A DNA stretch of 24,000 nt from Campylobacter sp. RM12651 (GCF_022369475.1 NZ_CP059600.1:1711355-1735354), one strand, 5' to 3'. Positions 1-7,445 are shown, counted from the stretch's first letter. Numbers and translations: made by a program. The notes: generated by a model from the letters alone, not told the origin.

Positions 1-681
1 TTCGCTAAGTAAATTATTACCCGCAATATCTATGATTACAAATATAGCAGTATCAGTTGATAAACGCTTTTTATGCACAAGAAGTATTTTAATAATATCT
101 GTTTTATATTTTAAAATCCAAAATATTCTATTTGAATTTAAATCACAATCAATAAAAAAACAATCAAGCTCTTTATTAAGTAGTATGGTTTTTGTGTTGA
201 ATATGGTATCTTGTATATTATATTTAGCAAGTGCTTCATTTATTTTATATTTTTCATAAATTTCGTTATCAATTTGTATAGTTTTAAAATCTAATTTAAA
301 CTGCGTATTGCCTACAAAACTTGATTTACTTTTAAAGAATTTCTTATATAACATTACTAATAAATAATAATACATAAATGGCAAAATCAAAGCTATTATT
401 CCGCCTATTGATAAGGTCCAAATAGGAATATAAGAAAAACAAAACATAATAGATAAAAATATTAAACATAACTCTTTTGATATCTTGCTATATATTATAT
501 GAGTTAAAAAACATAAAGGTATAATAAATATTGAGCCTAATAAACTTCCATAAGGTGCTTGTGTAATTGATAAAAACATATAAAAAGTATCATATACAAA
601 AAAAATTATCGTAAATAAAAAACAACAAATAGACAATATTACAATTGACATCACAATTTTTACAATACTTTTTTCTATCAT
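1..681 (-). CDS. Hypothetical membrane-anchored protein, 3' end cut by the window edge. An N-terminal multi-TM region is fused to a domain paralogous to the two neighbouring 155-156 aa proteins
   Basis: Absent from the supplied ORF track because it has no stop inside the window. Reading the minus strand by hand from the ATG at 681..679, the frame stays open for 227 codons down to position 1. A GGAG lies 5 nt upstream (ctcc at 687..690 on the + strand). The translation starts MIEKSIVKIVMSIVILSICCFLFTIIFFVYDTFYMFLSITQAPYGSLLGSIFIIPLCFLTHIIYSKISKELCLIFLSIMFCFSYIPIWTLSIGGIIALILPFMYYYLLVMLYKKFF, with about 4 hydrophobic helices. The soluble part (FKTIQIDNEIYEKYK..LLNKELDCFFIDCDL..IFWILKYKTDIIKILL..IIDIAGNNLLSE) aligns with FKNAVVTKELDEKYK..VIDEELDCFIIQAY..LWVLYYKGNLIEVIL..IFDIKNNELLSE of ORF 1245..1712. 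Confidence 0.6.
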   Translation of the reverse strand, partial: MIEKSIVKIVMSIVILSICCFLFTIIFFVYDTFYMFLSITQAPYGSLLGSIFIIPLCFLTHIIYSKISKELCLIFLSIMFCFSYIPIWTLSIGGIIALILPFMYYYLLVMLYKKFFKSKSSFVGNTQFKLDFKTIQIDNEIYEKYKINEALAKYNIQDTIFNTKTILLNKELDCFFIDCDLNSNRIFWILKYKTDIIKILLVHKKRLSTDTAIFVIIDIAGNNLLSE

Positions 682-696
682 AAAATCTCCTTTTGT

Positions 697-1167
697 TTAT
701 ATGTATTCTCCTAGCACTTCATCTATTATATATGCTTTAAATTCTTTATCATTATTTAAGCTTCCGTCCCATTTATAAACAACTAATATTTCTTTCAATA
801 AAGCTATTATTTCTTTTTCATTTAATGTTTTATTATCTCTTATAGAAAGAATTTTATAAACTCTATTATAAACTACATTATAAATCTCTTGTTTGATATC
901 ATAATCTAAAATTATCCTTATATGCTCGCCTTTATAATATAAAATCCACAAAGATTTATTAAGTTTTGCATGGTCTAGTTCTGGGTCATCAAAATACATA
1001 CAATTCATAAACCAGCAGTCTAACTCTTCATCTATTACAATGCGTTCTTCAAAAGGAAATTTATGATGTTGTTTGAGATACCAATCATTAGTATGCTTAA
1101 TACAAATATCTACAAAAGAATATTTCTTCTCTAATCTATCATCAATAATTGCGTTTTTAAAAGCCAT
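697..1167 (-). CDS. Hypothetical protein, member A of a tandem paralog family (no recognisable domain)
   Basis: Track ORF of 156 aa with an ATG start preceded by aaaaaaggtaagcaa. By hand alignment, roughly half its residues (about 70 of 155) are identical to ORF 1245..1712. Shared blocks are MAFKNA, RIVIDEELDC, DPEL, LW(I/V)LYYKG, ILDYD and EKE(I/V)I.LLKEIL.VY. Similarity is also visible at DNA level, for example gcgtttttaaaagccat at 1151..1167 versus gcgttcttaaaagccat at 1696..1712. Confidence 0.75.
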   Translation of the reverse strand: MAFKNAIIDDRLEKKYSFVDICIKHTNDWYLKQHHKFPFEERIVIDEELDCWFMNCMYFDDPELDHAKLNKSLWILYYKGEHIRIILDYDIKQEIYNVVYNRVYKILSIRDNKTLNEKEIIALLKEILVVYKWDGSLNNDKEFKAYIIDEVLGEYI

Positions 1168-1244
1168 TTGCTTACCTTTTTTAAACCAAATTCCTACTTA
1201 AAATTCCACAATTTTTAAAGAATTTGAATTAGGATTTAAAATAT

Positions 1245-1712
1245 TTATTCTTTTATTATTTCATCTCTTAAATAAACTTTATAATCTTCTTCAATTTCGC
1301 CCCAGGCACCAGCCACATTATAAACATCTAATATTTCTTTAAGAAGATTTATAACTTCTTTTTCGCTTAATAATTCATTGTTTTTAATATCAAAAATACT
1401 CCAAACTTTATCGTATAAAACACCATCTATTGTTATATCAAAATCATAATCAAGTATAACTTCAATCAAATTACCTTTATAATATAAAACCCACAAGCCT
1501 TTACTAAGTCTTGCACGCTCTAATTCAGGGTCTAAAAAATTATAAGCTTGTATTATAAAACAATCTAATTCTTCATCTATTACTATTCTTTTCTCATCAG
1601 GCAACATACGATTTTGTTTATAGTATAAGCTATCTGTATAATTGCAAAAAATATCTGTCATTTTGTATTTTTCATCAAGTTCTTTTGTAACTACTGCGTT
1701 CTTAAAAGCCAT
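1245..1712 (-). CDS. Hypothetical protein, member B of a tandem paralog family (no recognisable domain)
   Basis: Track ORF of 155 aa. The ATG is preceded by AAGGAG with 5-nt spacing (ttaaggagaaataATG on the - strand). A TATAAT hexamer lies about 33 nt upstream on the - strand (1750..1745), just after the pyrE hairpin. It is paralogous to 697..1167 and to the C-terminal domain of the 1..681 ORF. Confidence 0.78.
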   Translation of the reverse strand: MAFKNAVVTKELDEKYKMTDIFCNYTDSLYYKQNRMLPDEKRIVIDEELDCFIIQAYNFLDPELERARLSKGLWVLYYKGNLIEVILDYDFDITIDGVLYDKVWSIFDIKNNELLSEKEVINLLKEILDVYNVAGAWGEIEEDYKVYLRDEIIKE

Positions 1713-1788
1713 TATTTCTCCTTAATTTTAACTATTAAGTAAATATTATAAAAATTATTTTTTGTAAAGTAAAGAAGGTCTGAAGATA

Positions 1789-1814
1789 TTCAAATTCCAA
1801 AATCGGAATTTGAA
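1789..1814 (-). terminator. Hairpin downstream of pyrE (candidate intrinsic terminator)
   Basis: Perfect 10-bp inverted repeat, ttcaaattcc (1789..1798) and ggaatttgaa (1805..1814), with a 6-nt loop. It begins 13 nt after the pyrE stop codon on the - strand. There is no clear U-tract. Confidence 0.45.
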
Positions 1815-1826
1815 ATTAAAATTATT

Positions 1827-2432
1827 TTATTCTTGAGCGTCACGCCATTCGTTTAGAACTTTTACTTCTTCATCGCTTAAAAATCCACTAAATGCAGAAA
1901 ATCCACTAAGCGAATAAGCAGGGCAATCAATACTCTCATAATTTTTCTTAGCTTGATTTAATTCATAGCTAAATATTGAAAACACACCTTTTACATCTAA
2001 TCCGTGAGACCTAGCAGCACCAACAGCAGCAATACTTGAACCGCCACTTGAGATTAAATCTTCTAGCACAACGCAAGTGCTTCCGTGCTTAAAGCTTCCT
2101 TCAATCATCTTTGCTCTTCCGTGGGTTTTGTTTTTTGATAATATATATACTAATGGTTTGTTTAATATATCAGCCACCCAAGCTCCGTGAGCAATAGCTC
2201 CAGTAGCAGTTGCTGCTATGTAATCAACATCTCCTGCTTTTTCTTTAATCAAATTCGCTAAATGATTTGCTATGATTTTACGCTCTTTTGGATAGCTAAT
2301 TAACACACGATTATCACAATATATAGGGCTTTTAATACCACTTGAATATGTGAAAAATTCTTTAGTATTAATAAATATTGCTTCACAATCTTTTAATATT
2401 TTTACAACTTCACTTGCAACTTCTTTATTCAT
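1827..2432 (-). CDS. pyrE: Orotate phosphoribosyltransferase
   Basis: 201 aa. Motifs are SGIKSPIYCDNR, ATATGAIAHGAW and the PRPP-binding loop VVLEDLISSGGS of type I phosphoribosyltransferases. Its ATG at 2432 overlaps the pyrF stop (2425..2427) by 8 nt. Confidence 0.93.
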   Translation of the reverse strand: MNKEVASEVVKILKDCEAIFINTKEFFTYSSGIKSPIYCDNRVLISYPKERKIIANHLANLIKEKAGDVDYIAATATGAIAHGAWVADILNKPLVYILSKNKTHGRAKMIEGSFKHGSTCVVLEDLISSGGSSIAAVGAARSHGLDVKGVFSIFSYELNQAKKNYESIDCPAYSLSGFSAFSGFLSDEEVKVLNEWRDAQE

Positions 2433-3150
2433 TTTCTTCTCCTTTTATACATTGAAAATAAGCTCTAATAGGATTAGAACTCTTTGTAATCATTCTACCA
2501 GCTACAATATAATCAATATTGTTTTCTATAGCAAATTTTGGCGTAGCAACCCTTGCTTGGTCATTTGCATCATTGCCTAAAAATCTAATGCCAGGCGTAA
2601 GAGCCTTAAGTCCTAAATCTTTAGCAAATTTTGCTTCATAAGCACTACTTACTATGCCATCAAGACCTGCTTTTTTGCTGATTAAACAGCGTTGTTTTAC
2701 GCAATCATTAATGCTTCCATTAAAGCCTAAATCATTTTTAAATTCTTCTTCTTCAAACGAAGTTAATACAGAAATTCCAAATAATTCACACTTGCTACCT
2801 AATTCATTTTTAGCATTAACAGCAGCCTTTAAAGCTTGCTCGCCTGCAAAAGAATGAAGGCTTAAAATATCAATATCATTTTTTAAAAGTGTCTTAGTAG
2901 CATTATAAATAGTATTTGGAATATCAATTAATTTTAAATCTAAAAATATATTAAAACCTAAGTCTTTTAGCTCTTTTAAAAAGTCATTTCCAGCTGTGTA
3001 GTATTGCCACATACCGACTTTTAAATAAGGCATAATTAATTTTAAATTATGCTCTTTTGCATAGTTTTCAAGATTTTTTGCTGATAGTTTTGATACAAAT
3101 TCACGGCTTTGCTCTAAGGTGTCAAAATCTAATGCGATTATGGTTTTCAA
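2425..3150 (-). CDS. pyrF: Orotidine 5'-phosphate decarboxylase
   Basis: 241 aa. Motifs are IIALDF, KVGMWQY, FLDLKLIDIPNT (the DxKxxD catalytic motif), TPGIR, DQARVATP and IVAGRMITK. The TTG start at 3150..3148 is preceded by AAAGGAG about 5 nt upstream. Confidence 0.93.
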   Translation of the reverse strand: MKTIIALDFDTLEQSREFVSKLSAKNLENYAKEHNLKLIMPYLKVGMWQYYTAGNDFLKELKDLGFNIFLDLKLIDIPNTIYNATKTLLKNDIDILSLHSFAGEQALKAAVNAKNELGSKCELFGISVLTSFEEEEFKNDLGFNGSINDCVKQRCLISKKAGLDGIVSSAYEAKFAKDLGLKALTPGIRFLGNDANDQARVATPKFAIENNIDYIVAGRMITKSSNPIRAYFQCIKGEENE

Positions 3151-3307
3151 ATTATCTCCTTTGATTTAATAAAATTATCTCTTTTTAACTCTTTACGACT
3201 TAGCATTATGCAAAAATTTATTAAATAAAACATATTGAATTTGTATTTTTAAAAGTTATTTATTACATTATTTAAATAATATAATACAAAAATCAAAAGG
3301 AGAAAAA

Positions 3308-3469
3308 ATGGACTTTTTAGACTCATTAAAACAAATCAAAACAGATATAAAAGAAAATGAAAAGAAAAAAGAGCAAGAATTAGAACTAGCAAAAATAAAA
3401 CAAAAAGAAGAAGAATTAAGACAAGATTTCATAAATTATATGAATGAAAGCGGAGTTAAAAAAATCTAA
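3308..3469 (+). CDS. Small hypothetical K/E-rich (coiled-coil-like) protein, 53 aa
   Basis: Absent from the track because it is under 60 aa. The ATG at 3308 is preceded by AAAAGGAG about 7 nt upstream, and a TATAAT hexamer sits at 3280..3285. The translation is MDFLDSLKQIKTDIKENEKKKEQELELAKIKQKEEELRQDFINYMNESGVKKI. The stop codon (3467..3469) lies in the first arm of a perfect 14-bp hairpin. I recognise no homology. Confidence 0.4.
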   Translation: MDFLDSLKQIKTDIKENEKKKEQELELAKIKQKEEELRQDFINYMNESGVKKI

Positions 3470-3499
3470 TTAAGATTTAGAAAATCTAAATCTTAATTA
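3467..3499. terminator. Perfect 14-bp hairpin between the convergent small ORF and metA (candidate bidirectional terminator)
   Basis: The arms are taattaagatttag (3467..3480) and ctaaatcttaatta (3486..3499), an exact reverse complement, with loop aaaat. It spans both stop codons: TAA at 3467..3469 on the + strand and the metA TAA at 3495..3493 on the - strand. Confidence 0.5.
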
Positions 3500-4419
3500 A
3501 TTGAATTAAGTTTGTCTAATTCAAAAGGTGTAGTTTGATATACATAATAATTTAGCCAGTTGATATAAACGCAATTTGCGTGAGCTCTCCAAGTAAGTTT
3601 TGGGGGATTGTTTGGATTATCATCTTTATAATAATTATAAGGAATATCAACATCTAAGCCGTTTTTAATATCTCTTTTATACTCATTATCTAAAGTAGTG
3701 CGAGAGTATTCAGGATGACCTAGGACAAAAACTTGTCTTCTATCAGAACTTCTTATTAAATAGCTTCCTGCTAAATCGCTTTTAGCTAAAATCACTAAAG
3801 ATTTATGATTTGCTAAGGCTAATTCATCAATTCCTGAATGCCTTGAATGTGGAGCTAAAAACACATCATCAATTCCCCTTAAAATCTCATCTTTACTATC
3901 AATTACATCGTGATAAAACACTCCGCTTAATTTCTTTTTTAAAGGAATTTTTGCAATATTGTAATGATAATTTAGCCCAAACATCGCACCATAGCATATA
4001 TGAAGAGTGCTAAAAACATTGCTTTTGCTCCATTCTAAAATACTAACTAATTCATCATAATAAGTTATTTCGCTAAATTCATATTGTTCTAGCGGAGCTC
4101 CTGTTATTATCATTCCATCAAATTTTTTATGCTTTATCTCATCAAATACCAAATAATGCTCGTTTAAGTGGCTTTGACAAGTGTTTTTGCTCTCGTGACT
4201 TGCTATTCTTAAAAGCGTGATTTTTACTTGTAAAGGCGTATTAGAAAGCATTCTAAGTAATTCTAATTCAGTTTCTTCTTTTATTGGCATAAGGTTTAAA
4301 ATCACAAGCTCTAATGGACGAATATCTTGAGAATTTGCTCTTGCTTCATCCATTACGAAAATATTTTCATTTTCTAATAAAACTTTTGCTGGAAGGTTAG
4401 TTTTTATATTAACGGGCAT
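3493..4419 (-). CDS. metA: Homoserine O-acyltransferase, MetA family (acetyl versus succinyl specificity cannot be resolved from sequence)
   Basis: MetA/HTS-like along its whole length: MPVNIKTNLPA..NIFVM..A..QDIRPLELVILNLMP.KE.TE..LLRMLSNTPLQV, ITGAP, HICYGAMF, GHPEY. The track ORF starts 10 codons earlier (4449, MAKLVKKGEK). I place the start at the second ATG (4419) because AAAGGAG sits 6 nt upstream of it and MetA proteins typically begin MP(I/V). Confidence 0.9.
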   Translation of the reverse strand: MPVNIKTNLPAKVLLENENIFVMDEARANSQDIRPLELVILNLMPIKEETELELLRMLSNTPLQVKITLLRIASHESKNTCQSHLNEHYLVFDEIKHKKFDGMIITGAPLEQYEFSEITYYDELVSILEWSKSNVFSTLHICYGAMFGLNYHYNIAKIPLKKKLSGVFYHDVIDSKDEILRGIDDVFLAPHSRHSGIDELALANHKSLVILAKSDLAGSYLIRSSDRRQVFVLGHPEYSRTTLDNEYKRDIKNGLDVDIPYNYYKDDNPNNPPKLTWRAHANCVYINWLNYYVYQTTPFELDKLNSIN

Positions 4420-4508
4420 TTTTTCTCCTTTTTTAACTAATTTTGCCATTTTTTACTTGCTAAATACTTAAAATAAAGTTAAACTAATATTTTTTTAAAG
4501 GAGAGAAA

Positions 4509-5789
4509 ATGTTAAAACAAGATACTTTATGTATTCACGCAGGTTATGAGCCAAAAAATGGCGAAAGTAGGCAAGTGCCAATCATTCAATCAACTACTTA
4601 CAAATACGATTCTTGTGAATTTATGGGAAAATTATTTGACTTAGAAGAAAGTGGATACTTTTACTCAAGAGTAGCAAATCCTACAAATGATTATGTAGCT
4701 AGTAAAATTGCTAAATTAGAAGGAGCAATTGCTGGGGTGCTAACTTCTAGCGGACAAGCAGCTATATTTTTTGCAATTACAAATATTTGTAAAGCAGGAG
4801 ATCATTTAGTTTGCGTAAATGAGATTTATGGTGGAAGTATAAATCTAATAGGCGTAACGCTTAAAAAATTTGGAATTGATTGCACCTTTATTAGTGCAAA
4901 TAGCACAGATGATGAAATAAGAGCAGCTATTAAAGAAAACACAAAATTAATTTACGCTGAAAGCGTATCAAATCCTGCTTTAGTAGTGCTTGATATTAAA
5001 AGATTTGCAAATATTGCTCACGAAAATGAAATTCCATTAGTAATTGATAATACTTTTGCAACTCCTATTAATTGTCAGCCTATAAAACACGGAGCTGATA
5101 TTGTTATTCATTCAGCTACTAAATATCTCGATGGGCATTCAAGTGTGATTGCTGGGGTTGTGCTTGATAGCGGTAATTTTGATTGGAGTAAGTATCCTAA
5201 AAAATTTGCAGATTTTAACACCCCTGATGAGTCATATCACGGATTAATCTATACGCAAAAATTTGGCAAATTAGCGTATATTGTAAAAATGATTGTTCAA
5301 TTAATGAGAGATATAGGTGCTTGTTTACCTGCAACTAGTGCATATATGCTATCAACTCATATTGAAAGCCTACCTTTAAGAATGGCAAAACACTGCGAAA
5401 ATGCGAAAAAAATTGCAGAATTTTTAGAAAATAATGAATATATTGAAAGCGTAAATTGCCCTATGCTAAAAAGTAGTCCTTATTATAATCTAGCTTTAGA
5501 ATATATGCCTAATGGGGTTTGTGGGGTTATTAGCTTTACATTAAAAGCAAATAAAGCTAAGGCAGTTAAGTTTTTAGATAGCTTAAAATTAATAATGATA
5601 GCAACTCATGTAGCTGATGCAAGAAGCTGTATTTTACACCCTGCAAGTCATACTCATAGACAATTAAATGAAGCTGAATTAATAAAAGCTGGAGTTAGCG
5701 AAGGTCTTGTAAGGCTTTCTGTTGGTATTGAAAATGCTGATGATTTAATAGCTGATATTAAACAAGCATTAGAGGTTACTTTTAAGTAA
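4509..5789 (+). CDS. metY: O-acetylhomoserine (or O-succinylhomoserine) sulfhydrylase, PLP-dependent Cys/Met-metabolism family
   Basis: 426 aa. The N-terminus reads T..IHAGYEP....R.V.PIIQSTTY. It carries YSRVANPTN and the PLP-lysine motif SATKYLDGH, with the C-terminus RLSVGIEN..DLI.D. AAAGGAG lies upstream of the ATG. It is divergent from metA. Confidence 0.88.
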   Translation: MLKQDTLCIHAGYEPKNGESRQVPIIQSTTYKYDSCEFMGKLFDLEESGYFYSRVANPTNDYVASKIAKLEGAIAGVLTSSGQAAIFFAITNICKAGDHLVCVNEIYGGSINLIGVTLKKFGIDCTFISANSTDDEIRAAIKENTKLIYAESVSNPALVVLDIKRFANIAHENEIPLVIDNTFATPINCQPIKHGADIVIHSATKYLDGHSSVIAGVVLDSGNFDWSKYPKKFADFNTPDESYHGLIYTQKFGKLAYIVKMIVQLMRDIGACLPATSAYMLSTHIESLPLRMAKHCENAKKIAEFLENNEYIESVNCPMLKSSPYYNLALEYMPNGVCGVISFTLKANKAKAVKFLDSLKLIMIATHVADARSCILHPASHTHRQLNEAELIKAGVSEGLVRLSVGIENADDLIADIKQALEVTFK

Positions 5790-5796
5790 TTCGTAT

Positions 5797-5828
5797 TTGA
5801 AATTCTTATAAAATTATAAGAATTTCAA
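5797..5828. terminator. Perfect 14-bp hairpin between convergent metY and flgG (candidate bidirectional terminator)
   Basis: The arms are ttgaaattcttata (5797..5810) and tataagaatttcaa (5815..5828), with a 4-nt loop. It lies between the metY stop (5787..5789) and the flgG stop (5839..5841). Confidence 0.55.
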
Positions 5829-5838
5829 TCTATATTAT

Positions 5839-6627
5839 TTATCTTTTAAGTCCATTTACGATTGATAGCATTTCATCACTTGTAGTGATTGCTTTAGAGT
5901 TTGCTTCATAAGCTCTTTGACCTGTGATTAAATCAGTCATTTCCTCTACTAATTGCACGTTACTCATCTCTACGAAGTTTTGCTTAATTTGACCAAAACC
6001 ATTAGTCCCACCAGTGCCAACTACAACTGCTCCACTAGCACTAGTTTCAAGGAAATTATTATCCCCTAATGCGTGTAAGCCACTAGGATTTATGAAGTTT
6101 GCTAATTCAATTTGACCTAGTTGCACTGCTTCAGGATTACCCGCTTGAATTACACTTACAACCCCATCAGTTCCTATCCCAATAGCAACTGCATCTTCAG
6201 GAATTGTAATTTCAGGGATTAATCTATATCCATCACTATTTACGATAGTTCCTTCGCTATCTAGCTTAAAAGCACCATTTCTTGTATATGCCGTAGTGCC
6301 ATCAGGTAGCTGAACTTGGAAAAAACCATTACCTGCTATTACCATATCTAATTGATTGCCTGTTTCTTTGAAATATCCTTGTGTAAATTGCTTTGTAATT
6401 GCTGTTGGGCGAACTCCAAGACCTACTTCAATACCTGTTGGACTTTGCGTTGTTGTGCTTGTGCTAGTGCCTGCGTATTCCATTACTTGATACATTAAAT
6501 CAGCAAATTCTGCTCTATTTTTTTTGTATCCCATAGTATTTACATTGGCAATATTATGAGATGTTGTATCAATTTGTGTTTGCTGTGCTATCATTCCTGT
6601 TGCTGCTGTATATAAAGACCTAAGCAT
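5839..6627 (-). CDS. flgG: Flagellar basal-body distal rod protein FlgG
   Basis: 262 aa. The N-terminus MLRSLYTAATGMIAQQTQIDTTSHNIANVNTMGYKK is the flagellar rod N-terminal signature. The C-terminus reads VEMSNVQLVEEMTDLITGQRAYEANSK. AGGAG lies upstream of the ATG, 8 nt downstream of flgG2. Confidence 0.93.
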   Translation of the reverse strand: MLRSLYTAATGMIAQQTQIDTTSHNIANVNTMGYKKNRAEFADLMYQVMEYAGTSTSTTTQSPTGIEVGLGVRPTAITKQFTQGYFKETGNQLDMVIAGNGFFQVQLPDGTTAYTRNGAFKLDSEGTIVNSDGYRLIPEITIPEDAVAIGIGTDGVVSVIQAGNPEAVQLGQIELANFINPSGLHALGDNNFLETSASGAVVVGTGGTNGFGQIKQNFVEMSNVQLVEEMTDLITGQRAYEANSKAITTSDEMLSIVNGLKR

Positions 6628-6635
6628 TTTTACTC

Positions 6636-7445
6636 CTATTTAACATTTGCTAATTTATTTATTGCGTCGCTATTTAGCTCATCCATATGGCTAGTCATTA
6701 CTTTTTGATACATTTCAACTAAACGATGAGTTTCTATAAGACCTACCATTTCATTAACGGCATTTACATTACTCATTTCTAAAAACCCACTCGCAAGTGC
6801 ATTTGAGCCCTCGAAATCCTGCATTTTAGTTAAATCATCTAATTTATAAAGATTATCTCCTATCTTTTCTAAATCCCTTGTATCATCCATCCTAGCTACA
6901 AAAATCCTATTTGCTACTTCACCATCTAAATAGACATTTCCATCTGAATCAATAGTTAATCTTTGATTATCTCCTACTTGAATGCCATCATTTGCAGGGT
7001 CTTCAAAATAATTCGAGCTTAATAATCTATCTCCATTTTTTGTAACTATAAAGCCATCTTCATCTAGGCTAAATGCTCCATTTTTGCTAAATTTCACACT
7101 ACCATCTGATGAGCGAACCATAAAAAAACAATCACTTCTTTTGATTGCAATATCTAAAGGATTGTTGGTCGGACGGATTGCACCTACGCTAAAATCTGTG
7201 TATTCTATATCAATATTAGGAACTCTATTTATGGTTTGATTTATATATTTTGCAGCTTGTTTTGTATGATTATCAATTGGCATATTTTGCATTTCTTCAT
7301 CATAAAGCCTTTTAAAATCAGCAATTACTACATTATCTCTTTTATAACCTGCTGTATTTACATTAGCTAAATTATTAGAGATAACATTTAAGCGATTTAG
7401 TTGAGTAACCATTGCTCCTGTAGCTTGATAAAATCCGTTTTGCAT
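6636..7445 (-). CDS. flgG2: Flagellar basal-body rod protein (FlgG2 / FlgF-like)
   Basis: 269 aa. It has MQNGFYQATGAMVTQLNRLNVISNNLANVNTAGYKRD and the C-terminal LEMSNVNAVNEMVGLIETHRLVEMYQK. It sits directly upstream of flgG, as in the Campylobacter flgG2-flgG pair, and is preceded by a sigma54 promoter. Confidence 0.88.
   Translation of the reverse strand: MQNGFYQATGAMVTQLNRLNVISNNLANVNTAGYKRDNVVIADFKRLYDEEMQNMPIDNHTKQAAKYINQTINRVPNIDIEYTDFSVGAIRPTNNPLDIAIKRSDCFFMVRSSDGSVKFSKNGAFSLDEDGFIVTKNGDRLLSSNYFEDPANDGIQVGDNQRLTIDSDGNVYLDGEVANRIFVARMDDTRDLEKIGDNLYKLDDLTKMQDFEGSNALASGFLEMSNVNAVNEMVGLIETHRLVEMYQKVMTSHMDELNSDAINKLANVK

Noticed and set aside
32-259. Track ORF of 75 aa on the plus strand
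   Set aside because: It lies entirely antisense to the 227-codon minus-strand ORF (1..681), which has an SD and paralogs next door. The 75-aa product is low-complexity and has no SD, so it is a shadow ORF.
3147-3206. 19-codon minus-strand uORF (MLSRKELKRDNFIKSKEII) ending in a TGA that overlaps the pyrF TTG start, a possible pyr leader peptide or attenuator
   Set aside because: There is no SD-like sequence upstream of its ATG. I see no alternative terminator/antiterminator hairpins and no PyrR-binding-loop-like sequence. Such a short ORF is expected by chance in AT-rich DNA.
3468-3481. 14-nt exact repeat aattaagatttaga, also present at 12720..12733, both near the 3' ends of minus-strand genes
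   Set aside because: With this base composition, a few exact 14-mers shared by chance are expected in 24 kb. The flanks do not extend the match, so I do not treat it as a repeat element.
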